Source: a virus (Duplodnaviria; Caudoviricetes). From it: a DNA stretch of 64,000 nt. The DNA is taken from positions 24,800 to 88,799 of the IMG/VR virus record IMGVR_UViG_3300028549_001137. The stretch is one strand, 5' to 3'. Shown here piece after piece: positions 20,708 through 30,757 of the stretch. Positions within the stretch are counted from its first letter, which is position 1; each line of letters opens with the position of its first letter. Under the pieces are notes generated by a model that was given only the letters and a program-made list of their open reading frames with translations, searched no databases and had not been told where the DNA came from. The position numbers and the translations under genes are program-made.

Positions 20708-22873
20708 ATGTATAAATCACCTTCTTATAATAAAATACCTTTTACTTTTAGTAATGCTGGGTATAGTGCTCCCAATTTTAATGATATATCTTTTAGATTC
20801 GGGATCGGTGCGTTAGCCTCTGATTTAAATGCTAGTATTATAGGAAATGATGTCCAACGGGATTATTTAAAATCTCAAGATGTATATGCAATAGGGTACG
20901 CACAAGATAATATTCAGATACTTAAGTATAATAATATCTATGGTGGCATACGTGATTTGATTGCCTCTATTGAAGTGTTAGTTGACTACGGTGATTTAGG
21001 TAGTTATATTAAACCAATAGTACCTTCTAAATTAGATTTAAATGCTAATTTAAGAGGTTGGTTACGATGTGGATGCTATGACTTGCCTTTGACAGTAAAA
21101 GGCTATAGTCTACAGGAGTTATTAGATTTATCTGCATATTTAAAGCCTACTATATCTGGGTTAATTGACTTATGTTCTTATATTGATATATTTAAATATC
21201 AACAAGCAGATTTAATTGGATCTATAAAAGGCAGATCAACTGGAAATGTAGTTGATTTAATTAATTTTATTACAGTAAACACTGTTGGTACTTATGTGGA
21301 TTTACCGTGGTACATAAGATCAACCACCAGACAGCAGTATGATTTGTCCGTAGGGATATTTAAAATCCTACAGCATCAGCAGAAGGATTTAAATTTTGTA
21401 GTTGCTACTATAGAGAGTGCTAATATTAATGGGATCATTCAAGCGTTTCATATTAATGATCTGCCTATTGTAATAAGGCCTACACATATTACTGAGTTAA
21501 CTGCTTTTTTGTGTACTATTCAACCTGTAGATATACGAACAACTATAATGGGGTGGGCCACAAGTAATCTTGGGATTCTAATATCTGATAAAGTAAATTA
21601 TAGTGATCTGGCTACAAGCGTTATCAGTATTGATCCGTTTGATTTGAAAATAAGTTTATATGGTAGAAAAGAAACTAAAGTAATTAAAGATTTAACTGCT
21701 ACTTTGACAAGTTCTTACTGTAGTAATTTATCTGCACAACTAAGAGTAGTAGAATATAAAAATTTAAATGCTTATTTAATGTCTTCTTTACAATTTACCG
21801 ATTTAATTGTAGAAATTTATCCTAAGATGATAAATATTATGCATATTATTAGTGTATCTTTTTTAGAAAATAGGGACCTTGCGGCAACAATAAATTACCC
21901 TTGCTTTTTTTCTAGTTTTGTAGATTTATCAGCAAGTTGTGTAATTAAAAATAGTAAAGATTTAGGAGCTTATATATTCCCATGGACCGGTGATAATATA
22001 CAGGATATAAATTGTAGTATAAATTCTTCAGAGTATTTATCACAATCTACTATACCAGTACAGTATATGAACACCACTAAGCGTAGTTCATCAATAACTT
22101 TAAGGTACAGTAATAAGGCAGTTGTGTATTCAATTAATACGATACCTGTTTCAGGAGTAACTAATAGGCTTTATTCTAATCTTTCTGCAAATATATATGG
22201 AGAACCTTTACATAAGGATTTAAATGTTTATATTAGAGCATATGTTAATCGTAATCATTTAGTAGATAATTCCACTAATAGATTTATCGCCCTGAAATTA
22301 GATAATAATTTAGTACAGTTCACAAAAAATGTCGAATTAGCCTTTAATAGTTATGCTAGTAGTTACTACTATTTTTCAGGTAACAAAAAAGCTTATAGAG
22401 AGCATAGAAATGACCATTGGACTATTGTAGTAGAAGGTAGTGAGTCGTTACTTGTTGGTAAAGGTTTTGAAAAAACAAAAGTAAGACGTAAATATATTTT
22501 TAATTTAAGAAATTATAATTCAATAGACGCGGCTATAAAGGACATAATAGATAGGGTTACATTATTAAGAAGCACAGATTTAGGTGTACAAATACAATCC
22601 TGTGACGATAAGATGTTAAATTTACCCGTAAGTATTGGGGTTCGTAGGGTTTATAAAACCAATAGAATATTAAATTCAGTTATTAGGGCTTGGCAAACTA
22701 ATACAGAGGAAAATTTACATTTTGATATAACACCTGATAGTTTGTGTGATAGTGGTGATTTAAGTGTAAGTATTATTAGTGATAGTTTTACACCTAATAC
22801 AAACTTTAATTTTGTGGGCTCAGGTAATATACAATCTGAAGCAGATGATTTAGATTTTATTTTTGAAATATAG
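20708..22873 (+). CDS. Repeat-rich virion structural protein ([DN]Lx[AS]x[IL] repeats)
   Basis: More than 20 short repeats visible in the translation (DLNASI, DLIASI, DLGSYI, DLSAYL, DLTATL, NLSAQL, DLAATI, NLSANI). Confidence 0.55.
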   Translation: MYKSPSYNKIPFTFSNAGYSAPNFNDISFRFGIGALASDLNASIIGNDVQRDYLKSQDVYAIGYAQDNIQILKYNNIYGGIRDLIASIEVLVDYGDLGSYIKPIVPSKLDLNANLRGWLRCGCYDLPLTVKGYSLQELLDLSAYLKPTISGLIDLCSYIDIFKYQQADLIGSIKGRSTGNVVDLINFITVNTVGTYVDLPWYIRSTTRQQYDLSVGIFKILQHQQKDLNFVVATIESANINGIIQAFHINDLPIVIRPTHITELTAFLCTIQPVDIRTTIMGWATSNLGILISDKVNYSDLATSVISIDPFDLKISLYGRKETKVIKDLTATLTSSYCSNLSAQLRVVEYKNLNAYLMSSLQFTDLIVEIYPKMINIMHIISVSFLENRDLAATINYPCFFSSFVDLSASCVIKNSKDLGAYIFPWTGDNIQDINCSINSSEYLSQSTIPVQYMNTTKRSSSITLRYSNKAVVYSINTIPVSGVTNRLYSNLSANIYGEPLHKDLNVYIRAYVNRNHLVDNSTNRFIALKLDNNLVQFTKNVELAFNSYASSYYYFSGNKKAYREHRNDHWTIVVEGSESLLVGKGFEKTKVRRKYIFNLRNYNSIDAAIKDIIDRVTLLRSTDLGVQIQSCDDKMLNLPVSIGVRRVYKTNRILNSVIRAWQTNTEENLHFDITPDSLCDSGDLSVSIISDSFTPNTNFNFVGSGNIQSEADDLDFIFEI

Positions 22874-22878
22874 GTGAC

Positions 22879-24393
22879 TTGATGGCTATTTTAAATATTG
22901 GATTTGATAAGACATTTCTTACTATTATGGAGGCGTATAATGCATCTAACACTGGAGATATATTATTAATAGATGAGGGTATATATAAAGAGTCGATAGT
23001 TACTTCTGATAATAAATGTGTTCATTTAGTAGGAAATACTAAGTCTCCAGGAGAAGACAAAGTTATGATAGTTTCTCCAGTAGATGAATTTACACTATAT
23101 ATCAACGGACTGATAGATGAGTGCGTAATGTTTGTAGAAAATATAACTTTTAAGCATATATTTAGTGGTGATGCATACTATAGTAATACACTCGCAAACT
23201 TTAGTAATTCTAACGGGTGTACTATTATATTTAATAGATGCCATCTCGATGCTGGTAATGAGCAGCCTATCTTATTTTTTAGTTTTGAAGATAGGCCTGT
23301 TCCTATTACTTTTAATAATTGTAGACTCACTTTTAAAGAAGATGTGGAATTTATAAATACTTTAGGTCAATATCATTTTGTATGGGCTGGTAGAAATACA
23401 GACCTTTATTTTAATAAATGTATTGTAAGCGCTCAATTGGGTTGGTTAGCTAGGTGTGCTGTACCAATAGTGTATGATTATGTTATCAATAAGGAAGTAT
23501 CTGGTTACGGTCCTGGTTATGGAATAACTAATTTATTGCCTATTAGATACTATTTTAAGGGGAAGATTACCGATGATATTAGTGCTGGTATTAAAGTTCC
23601 AGGAGCCACTCTTAGTTGGACTGATAAGGCCCCTGAAATAAACCTTTCTCCTAATAAACTAATAGCTACTTTAAGTAAAGATTATGACGCATATAGTTAT
23701 TTAGTTAGATCTTCTGTTGGTAAGACGTTTGGTAAATGGTACTGGGAGGTTATAATGTTTTCTGGACAACGTTTAACCAGGTGTGGTGTGGCTACAGAGA
23801 ACGCAGGTAAATTTTTAGGCTTAGGTAGTGATGTGCATGGGTGGGGGTACTCGCCATCAGCCTCACGTATGGACTTTATGTATAGTGCTTTCATAACAGG
23901 CAATCACCGTATTATGGATGATTATTACGCCCTGTGCTCCAACAATGGTGATGTTATTGGTATCGCTCTTGATTTAGATAATGGGAGGTTGTGGTATTCT
24001 GTAAACGGGGAATGGCTTTTTGATGGTGATCCTAGTATAGGCCAAAATCCTATTTTTGAAGGTGTATTTGGTAAAATATTTCCAGCAGCTTCTTTATACT
24101 CTATGTATTCTTTAGACGCCAGCATTGAATTTATATTCGATCCATCAGATTTAACTTATAATATACCAGAAGGTTTTAGTTTTTATAGTACTGAAATGCT
24201 TTGGAAAGTTAAATGTATAAATGCAGTAACAAATGAAGTAGAGGGTTATACAATATCAGACCCGGTTAATAAGGAATATTATTTAGAAACAACTTATAGT
24301 GGGGAGCATTTTGTTATATGTGAAGACGCCGCTGAGATGCCAGATTTTAATAATGTGCTTTTAGGTAGATTAACACCAAAGGAGTTAAATTAA
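22879..24393 (+). CDS. Tail fibre/receptor-binding-like protein with pectin-lyase-like N-terminus and SPRY/B30.2 domain
   Basis: N-terminus AYNASNTGDILLIDEGIYKE. SPRY signature GKWYWEV..GVATENA..GWGY..GDVIGIALDLDNGRLWYSVNG..FPAASL. Confidence 0.75.
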   Translation: MMAILNIGFDKTFLTIMEAYNASNTGDILLIDEGIYKESIVTSDNKCVHLVGNTKSPGEDKVMIVSPVDEFTLYINGLIDECVMFVENITFKHIFSGDAYYSNTLANFSNSNGCTIIFNRCHLDAGNEQPILFFSFEDRPVPITFNNCRLTFKEDVEFINTLGQYHFVWAGRNTDLYFNKCIVSAQLGWLARCAVPIVYDYVINKEVSGYGPGYGITNLLPIRYYFKGKITDDISAGIKVPGATLSWTDKAPEINLSPNKLIATLSKDYDAYSYLVRSSVGKTFGKWYWEVIMFSGQRLTRCGVATENAGKFLGLGSDVHGWGYSPSASRMDFMYSAFITGNHRIMDDYYALCSNNGDVIGIALDLDNGRLWYSVNGEWLFDGDPSIGQNPIFEGVFGKIFPAASLYSMYSLDASIEFIFDPSDLTYNIPEGFSFYSTEMLWKVKCINAVTNEVEGYTISDPVNKEYYLETTYSGEHFVICEDAAEMPDFNNVLLGRLTPKELN

Positions 24394-25878
24394 ATGGCGG
24401 TACTTATGGTAGGCCAAGATAAATTATTTACTCGTATTATAGACGCATATAATGTTGCTTGTAATGGAGATACGTTATTTATAGATGAGGGTGAGTATAC
24501 TGAATCAATTCATTTTGATGAGAAGGTTGTGAATCTAATAGGTAACACTTCGTTTCCATCTGAAGGTAAAGTTATAATTAATAGCAGTAGTAGCAGTACT
24601 GTCGATACTAAATATAACGATGATGCTCCTTTGCTGATTAATTATGCAGACACTAATATACCTATCTCTATATTAATAGAGGGTATTAAATTTGAAAGTA
24701 ATATTAATGGATATCAACACTCTATTATAGATTTATACTTATTTGTTTCTACTCAGGTTGGTAAGTTGTCTTTAATATTTAATAAATGTATTATAGATGG
24801 TACTAATGGTGTAGAATCTTCATTAGTAGCAAAAAGCACCCCCTATACAGGACAAGTTACTAGTAGTATAGTTTTCAATAATTGTAAAATTATTTGGCAG
24901 GAAGGAAATACGTTTATTGGGGATGGAACTTACACTAACATAAATAATTTTACAGTAGAGAAGACAATATTAAGTGGTTTTCCTACTAATACATTTTATA
25001 GTTCCTTAGACTATGTAGATATTACCCGCAGCCTATATACTGATTATTATGGCGACACCTATGAGTATGATATGCCTGTGGTTGGTTATGGTCCATATTA
25101 TGGTAAAACTTTAAGTTACGATTATGTAGTACCAACACATTGTTTTTCTGGGATTGTTTCTTTGAATGGAGTACCAGTACAGCGAGAATTAAGATTTTTT
25201 AGATCTGACAATAATGTTTATGTAGGGTCTACTACTTCCGCTGCTACTGGTGCATATTATAAGGAGGTTTTTTCAGCAGCTAAGTATGATATTATATGTT
25301 TAGATGACTCTTCGCCGCCATACTATAATGATTTAATTATGTCAAAGTGTGTTCCTATTGCTATTCCTTACCAGCGCTACACGAGCTATTTTTTTGAATT
25401 AATAAATGCCTCAGCTGAGTTTGGTGATACTACTGGATGGACAGAAGAAAGTGGTAGTTTTACTATAGCACAAGGTGTAAATTACAATCCGTATCATCCA
25501 ACATATAGTTTTCGCGGTTCTTCGTTAACTGGGACAGATATATTATCTCAGAGAATAGACTTAGTTGGTAGTGGCATTAGTACTTTTTTAATAGATACTG
25601 GTGAATTGTTTATATATGTAGAACACATGAATAGTAGTGTATTGGATTATGGATGGCAGGGGATTCGTTGTTTAGATGCTACTCAAACTATGATAGGTAC
25701 TGTTCACTACAGTGAACGGTATGACAATTCAGAGGCTTGGACAAAAGAGGTTTTTATCTGTGCTGTAGCATCAGGAACAAGATATATAGATGTTATATTG
25801 AAATCCTCAAATAATAGTGTTTCTGGTATGGATGTTAGATTCAGTAATATTGTGTCTTACATTAGAAAACCTCTATAA
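24394..25878 (+). CDS. Paralogous tail fibre-like protein with pectin-lyase-like N-terminus and C-terminal galactose-binding/FBA-like module
   Basis: N-terminus AYNVACNGDTLFIDEGEYTE and GYGPxYG are shared with the previous gene. C-terminal INASAEFGDTTGW..QRIDL..GTRYIDV. Confidence 0.65.
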   Translation: MAVLMVGQDKLFTRIIDAYNVACNGDTLFIDEGEYTESIHFDEKVVNLIGNTSFPSEGKVIINSSSSSTVDTKYNDDAPLLINYADTNIPISILIEGIKFESNINGYQHSIIDLYLFVSTQVGKLSLIFNKCIIDGTNGVESSLVAKSTPYTGQVTSSIVFNNCKIIWQEGNTFIGDGTYTNINNFTVEKTILSGFPTNTFYSSLDYVDITRSLYTDYYGDTYEYDMPVVGYGPYYGKTLSYDYVVPTHCFSGIVSLNGVPVQRELRFFRSDNNVYVGSTTSAATGAYYKEVFSAAKYDIICLDDSSPPYYNDLIMSKCVPIAIPYQRYTSYFFELINASAEFGDTTGWTEESGSFTIAQGVNYNPYHPTYSFRGSSLTGTDILSQRIDLVGSGISTFLIDTGELFIYVEHMNSSVLDYGWQGIRCLDATQTMIGTVHYSERYDNSEAWTKEVFICAVASGTRYIDVILKSSNNSVSGMDVRFSNIVSYIRKPL

Positions 25879-25887
25879 TTTATATTT

Positions 25888-25918
25888 ACAAATAATTATG
25901 AAATTATTTGTTATGAAA
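25888..25918. repeat. 10-bp inverted repeat (ACAAATAATT-atga-AATTATTTGT) overlapped by two TTATGAAA direct repeats
   Basis: Arms at 25888-25897 and 25902-25911. TTATGAAA at 25896-25903 and 25911-25918. Lies between the tail module and the promoter at 25927. Confidence 0.6.
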
Positions 25919-25926
25919 AATATTTC

Positions 25927-25954
25927 TTGACAACAACAAAGTATGTATTACATT
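25927..25954 (+). promoter_or_regulatory. Sigma70/SigA-like promoter TTGACA-N16-TACATT upstream of the replication module
   Basis: Read directly from the sequence. Same 16-nt spacing as the other intergenic copies in the window. Confidence 0.7.
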
Positions 25955-25970
25955 GTGTATAAGTAAAGGA

Positions 25971-25993
25971 AAAAACAAACCTGGTTTGTTTTT
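25971..25993. promoter_or_regulatory. Perfect 23-bp palindrome AAAAACAAACC-T-GGTTTGTTTTT just downstream of the promoter (candidate operator or leader hairpin)
   Basis: 11-bp arms around a single central T at 25982. Confidence 0.55.
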
Positions 25994-26041
25994 AATTCTG
26001 TAGTGTAAGTCATATTAATATTTAACTTAAGGAAAAGATTT

Positions 26042-27181
26042 ATGGAATTTTTTGTTAAGACGGCTGATATTCAGCGGGCAATTAAACTTCTTAGTGTAAC
26101 TGCAAAGATGAATGTTGTTACTTATGAAGGAAGATTATTAATCACCGCGTCTGAGGATGGTGTACATCTTTTATCAAACAATGGTGTGTCAGGAATCACT
26201 AATTTTATTCCAGCAAAAGTGGTTGCTCCTGGCGAACTTTCAGTAGTTTACAGTAAAATAAAATCATTTATCATGACTTTCCAGCCGTGGGACGGAGAGT
26301 CAGGCGTGAGTGAGTTTCATTTTATTGAGAAAGCTGATAAACTAAGTATTAAATCCGTATTTAAACACTCCAACGGTAGTGAGTCTAAGAATAGTTTAAG
26401 AGTAGACACACTAAAAAACTCAAACATCCCTAAAATTTCACTTATAAAAGAGCCAACTATGATCTTAAACTCTAGTGTAGTTAAGACAGCCATAGATAGA
26501 GTAGTTTATGCTCTGGACCCCAAAGGGTCGGTAGTATTTATGACGGGTATCTGTATGTCGTTTACTGAAGACTTTATAAAGTTTGCGGCAACTGGTGGAA
26601 AAATGCTGTGCGAATATAAGGTGGAAAATGATTGTGGTCTTAAAGAGGGTGCTTATCTTTTGACACATGAGTTTATTATGGGGCTAAGGCGTGTCATAGT
26701 GGATGATACTCAACTTTTCTGGGAGGTGGGACCAAGAGTGGCTAAGGTGGATTTTGATAATATTTTATATCAGGGACAAGTGTTAAAAATATTACACAAA
26801 GATGACTACCCAAACTATGAATGTAGATTCAGTATGTTTGAGCACTCGATAGACATTGACCGTGATATCATTTTAAGCGGGCTGTCCTCGTTTGTGGACA
26901 TCTTGAGTGGTGACGATTTTAATAGGGTGTCGTTGTCTATTAAAGATAAGGTGTTGTTATTAAAAACTGAATCCTCTGTGTTCGAATACGCTAGCGAGTC
27001 ATTCGATGATAAGATAGATGTTACTATAGATTTGGATGGAAAGGCGGTGTTAAACACCCTATATGCCATGAGTGATAAAGAGGTTAGGATTAAGTTTATA
27101 GACTCGGCCAATGGTGTAGTATTTGAGTCTTTAGGTTTTGATAAACAACAGGCGTATATTGTAAATCTAATTAGGAGATAG
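26042..27181 (+). CDS. dnaN: DNA polymerase III beta-type sliding clamp
   Basis: 379 aa with a three-domain clamp pattern. The segments after VVYALDPK (MTGICM..FAATGGKMLCE) and YPNYE correspond to the DnaN motifs LxG..VATDGxRL and YPDY. Confidence 0.8.
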   Translation: MEFFVKTADIQRAIKLLSVTAKMNVVTYEGRLLITASEDGVHLLSNNGVSGITNFIPAKVVAPGELSVVYSKIKSFIMTFQPWDGESGVSEFHFIEKADKLSIKSVFKHSNGSESKNSLRVDTLKNSNIPKISLIKEPTMILNSSVVKTAIDRVVYALDPKGSVVFMTGICMSFTEDFIKFAATGGKMLCEYKVENDCGLKEGAYLLTHEFIMGLRRVIVDDTQLFWEVGPRVAKVDFDNILYQGQVLKILHKDDYPNYECRFSMFEHSIDIDRDIILSGLSSFVDILSGDDFNRVSLSIKDKVLLLKTESSVFEYASESFDDKIDVTIDLDGKAVLNTLYAMSDKEVRIKFIDSANGVVFESLGFDKQQAYIVNLIRR

Positions 27182-27184
27182 GCC

Positions 27185-27769
27185 ATGAAATCTAAAAGCC
27201 CTGATGACTGGCTAAAATCAGTCAGAAATTCTGTTGATGAGGTTTTTTCTAATAACTCTCTTATACCTAAAGAGTATAAAACTGATATGTTATTAAACGC
27301 ATGTCAAGGTTTATTAGAGTCTCATGGCTATATTATACGCGGTAAATTACCTTTGTCGGGGGCCATAAATAACAATAAAGACCTTGTTAAAAATTACTAT
27401 AATAGACTTCAGTTTTGTTTTCCAGATGCGTTGCCGCTTGTAGATGATCTAAAAGACATGACGATAGCCACGCAGTTCGTAGGTAGATTGATGAGAGACT
27501 ATGGTTTTAATCATACAGCATCTAGACTTATGTGTAATAAATTACAGATGATTGTGTTAAAACAAAACGATAAATTTAATTTCACGGAGAATGTATTTTA
27601 TAGTTACTCTGTTTTTGGTCAAGGGAGCATGAGGTGGGTTACTGATAAAGCCATTTCAATTTTAAATAGTGTACAGTATAACGATGATAAATTAATTCAT
27701 CAGGCAGATGTAATGGCACAGCAGTATTTAGATAAGTACAAACCGGATCTTGGGTTTGAAAATTTATAA
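27185..27769 (+). CDS. Hypothetical protein (194 aa) between clamp and recA
   Basis: GGAG SD and tightly packed. No motif recognised. Confidence 0.6.
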   Translation: MKSKSPDDWLKSVRNSVDEVFSNNSLIPKEYKTDMLLNACQGLLESHGYIIRGKLPLSGAINNNKDLVKNYYNRLQFCFPDALPLVDDLKDMTIATQFVGRLMRDYGFNHTASRLMCNKLQMIVLKQNDKFNFTENVFYSYSVFGQGSMRWVTDKAISILNSVQYNDDKLIHQADVMAQQYLDKYKPDLGFENL

Positions 27770-27802
27770 CAGGTAGTTAAGGACCTTTAAAGGAGGATTA
27801 GT

Positions 27803-29023
27803 ATGGTGGATAATAAAGAGTGCAACAAGGTAGAGGAAGGTGTAGTAACCGATACAGGTGAAAAAGAGACCAAAGATAAAGTAAGCGCTAAAGTTGCTAA
27901 AAAAGAAGAGGCGCTTAAGAAAGCCGCAGAGGCGGAGAGACTTGCTGAGGAAGAAAAAAATAAAGCAGATGAGCGCGCGGTGGACATAGTGTTGTCTATA
28001 ATTAAAAAGAAGTATGGTGATGTAATAAACCCACTTTCAGCAGGAGTTGGGGAGATACGAACAGTAAGTACCGGGTCATTGGGTCTTGACTTGGCACTTG
28101 GTAGAGGTGGTATGGCATTAGGGCGCATTTATGAAGTGTTTGGGCCACCTAGTTCTGGTAAGAGTACCTTAGGTATAAATGTTATCGTACAGGCCCAAAG
28201 ACGTAACATGAGGTGCGCTTATCTTGATGCTGAGATGGCTGTAGATCCTGAATTATTTAAAAACTATGGTGTTGATGCTGAAAAGTTGGAACTTGTTCAG
28301 GTATATGGAGGAGAGCCTAATCTTGATATTTTAGAGCGTCTGATAAAGACAGGTATCTATGATGTGATAGTTGTGGATTCTGTAAGTGCTTTAATTCCCA
28401 TGGTGGAGGCTGAGGCGGATATCAGTAAAGACCACATGGCTTTGCAGGCTAGGCTTATGAGCAAGGCTTTAAGAAAGATTACTCCGCAGGCGTCTGAAAC
28501 TAATACACTTCTTATATTTGTTAATCAAATACGTAAGACGCTGGCTATGTGGGGACCAAGCGATACCACGTCTGGAGGAGAGAGTTTAGCATTCTATGCC
28601 ACTGGAAGAATCAGTATGAAAGGTCCTGAGGCTAAGAGCCGTAGAGTAGTAGACCCTGTGAGTGGTGACACTTTAGGTCATATGGCAGAACATGAGATAG
28701 TTAAAAACAAATTAGCGGAACCATTTAGAAAAGCAACCCTTAAGCTTATTTATGGTAAAGGGTATGATTTTTATTGGGAAGTTCTTCAGATGGCAACGAG
28801 TTTAAATGTTATTGAGAAAGCAGGTTCTTGGTTTAAGTTTAATGGTGAGAATATAGGTCAAGGTGAGTTAAGTGTTTTAGAATTATTTAAAAGTAATAGT
28901 AAAATATTCAATGAGGTCCGTGATGAGATAATGACACTTACTGGACAGAAGGAGGCGTATGTCGCACATGGCAACCCAGGTCCACTCCACCCTCATATCG
29001 ATATTTCCGGCTTGCCCTTTTAA
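27803..29023 (+). CDS. recA: RecA recombinase with charged N-terminal extension
   Basis: STGSLGLDLALG.GG, Walker A GPPSSGKST, VIVVDSVSAL, QARLMSKALRK, IFVNQIR, VKNK. AAGGAGG SD. Confidence 0.95.
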   Translation: MVDNKECNKVEEGVVTDTGEKETKDKVSAKVAKKEEALKKAAEAERLAEEEKNKADERAVDIVLSIIKKKYGDVINPLSAGVGEIRTVSTGSLGLDLALGRGGMALGRIYEVFGPPSSGKSTLGINVIVQAQRRNMRCAYLDAEMAVDPELFKNYGVDAEKLELVQVYGGEPNLDILERLIKTGIYDVIVVDSVSALIPMVEAEADISKDHMALQARLMSKALRKITPQASETNTLLIFVNQIRKTLAMWGPSDTTSGGESLAFYATGRISMKGPEAKSRRVVDPVSGDTLGHMAEHEIVKNKLAEPFRKATLKLIYGKGYDFYWEVLQMATSLNVIEKAGSWFKFNGENIGQGELSVLELFKSNSKIFNEVRDEIMTLTGQKEAYVAHGNPGPLHPHIDISGLPF

Positions 29024-29336
29024 AAGAGTTTTTGAAGAACACCATCTTAGTTTTGGTGGGCACAATTTGTTTTTTGATTTTCATGTTCCAGAAATTAATT
29101 CGTTTTTTGAGTGCCAGGGCCAACAACATTTTAAATTTGTTAGCCATTTTCATGGGGACAAAAAAACATTTCTTAGTCAGAAACTGAGAGATAATCTTAA
29201 ACTAGAATATGTACAACGTAATAATTTATATTTAATTTATATTAATTATAATGAAGAGGTTACGGAAAATTTAATTTACGACAGAATGAAAGAGGCTATG
29301 TCAAGTAAACTAAATTGTTCCGGGTTGATAAAGTGA
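28959..29336 (+). CDS. Small PD-(D/E)XK / DUF559-Vsr-like endonuclease
   Basis: AGGAGG SD (28950-28955) lies inside the recA 3' end. Motif FDFHVPEINSFFECQGQQHF..HFH..QKxRDxxK. Confidence 0.7.
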   Translation: MSHMATQVHSTLISIFPACPFKRVFEEHHLSFGGHNLFFDFHVPEINSFFECQGQQHFKFVSHFHGDKKTFLSQKLRDNLKLEYVQRNNLYLIYINYNEEVTENLIYDRMKEAMSSKLNCSGLIK

Positions 29337-30397
29337 TTACTGGTAAGGAAGAGAGATATATCTATGTTAAACAAGCGTTCGAACAGGAAGGGTACACCCT
29401 TCTGACAGAAGTGTATGTGAACTCTGCGTATAAACTAAAGTACGTTTGTCCAAATAATCATACACATAGTATAACTTGGGAGAACTGGCAACAGGGGTAC
29501 AGGTGCCCTTGTAGTATATGTACTGGTAGACCGACGATAACAACAGTGGCTGAATCATTTGCGTCGTCGGGCTGTGTGTTGATAAGTGACGTGTATCATA
29601 CCAACAAAACAGTATTGCATTATATTTGCGGGAACGGTTCCGTGATGAAGACAAACTGGAAGAATTGGCAACAACGCAGTAAATGTGACTGTGCTATATG
29701 TAGAGGGTATCCTACAATAGATAGCATAATAAAATCATTTAGCGCAGAGGGATACACGTTACTTACAACCAAATATATTAATAATAAACAGAAACTTGAG
29801 TATATCTGCCCTAATGGCCACCATCACGGTGTGGTATATAATGCTTGGGATAGGGGCAATCGTTGTCCCTATTGTTCTGGTAATCGGGTTAGTATGGTAG
29901 ACATAGAGAGGTCTTTTAAAATAGTGGGCTACACTTTGTTAACGACGGTGTATAAAAATAACTTTACCAAGTTAAACTATATTTGTCCAAATAATAGTGA
30001 ACATTCTATTACGTGGAACGATTGGTCGCAGGGGGCAAGATGTCCTTGTTACGAGTGTCAAAAAGCATCGTATGTTAAACAAGGCATCAAAATGTCAGGG
30101 CAAAGAAATCCTTCATGGAAAGGTGGTATTTCCTTCGAGCCATATTGTGAAGCGTGGAAAGATCAAGAGTACAAAAAAGATATTCGTGATCGTGACGGTA
30201 ACAGGTGTTTAAATCCATATTGCAACTCACCTGATGCCCACGATCTTACCATCCATCATATAGACTATAATAAAAAGAATTGTGAACCAGGTAATCTAAT
30301 TACAATATGTCGTTCTTGTAACTCAAAGGCAAATAAGGATAGGGCGTGGCACATGCTTTGGTATCAGTCAATATTAAAAAATAGATCTGTCTATTGA
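29333..30397 (+). mobile_element. Free-standing HNH homing endonuclease gene with four zinc-ribbon repeats
   Basis: GTGA overlap with the upstream stop. Four (F)xxxGYxLL..CPNxH..W..GxRCPxC-type repeats. C-terminal RDGNRCLNPYC..HHIDYNKKNC..NLITICRSCNSKAN. Confidence 0.85.
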
Positions 30398-30421
30398 CAT
30401 ACACCATAGTATGTTTATCTT
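30394..30421 (+). promoter_or_regulatory. Promoter TTGACA-N16-TATCTT; the -35 box contains the HNH gene stop codon
   Basis: Read directly. Precedes the GGAGG-led ORF at 30453. Confidence 0.6.
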
Positions 30422-30452
30422 AAGCAAGTACACAAAAGGGAGGTACAATATT

Positions 30453-30749
30453 ATGAATGAATTAAACATAGGTATGGCAAGTTACGATTCTGTAACGTAC
30501 AAGAAACATTGTAAAGATTTTGTTAGTTTAAAAGATGGTACTATAGTTGGGGACTACAAGTACTGTAATTTAAGTAGAAGATGTAGACAGATAGACATCG
30601 TTAATGGCTCTCCTGTTCCTATGGAGTCTCATTATTGTCCGGTGGTAGACCCAAATACTGGAGAGGTCCTTGAGTTCGAGTATTATTGTACAGGCATGCA
30701 TGATTGCAGGCCTCGGCCAGAACGTTTAGAAGACGACAAAGTATCGTAA
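30453..30749 (+). CDS. Cys-rich hypothetical protein
   Basis: GGAGG SD before ATG 30453. Six Cys (KHCKDF, YCNLSRRC, HYCP, YYCTGMHDC). Confidence 0.6.
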   Translation: MNELNIGMASYDSVTYKKHCKDFVSLKDGTIVGDYKYCNLSRRCRQIDIVNGSPVPMESHYCPVVDPNTGEVLEFEYYCTGMHDCRPRPERLEDDKVS

Positions 30750-30757
30750 GGAGGTAC

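Noticed and set aside
4066-25878. Diversity-generating retroelement acting on the lectin/SPRY tail genes
   Set aside because: No reverse transcriptase is in the window, and I saw no template/variable repeat pair with adenine-specific mismatches. A DGR elsewhere in the genome cannot be excluded.
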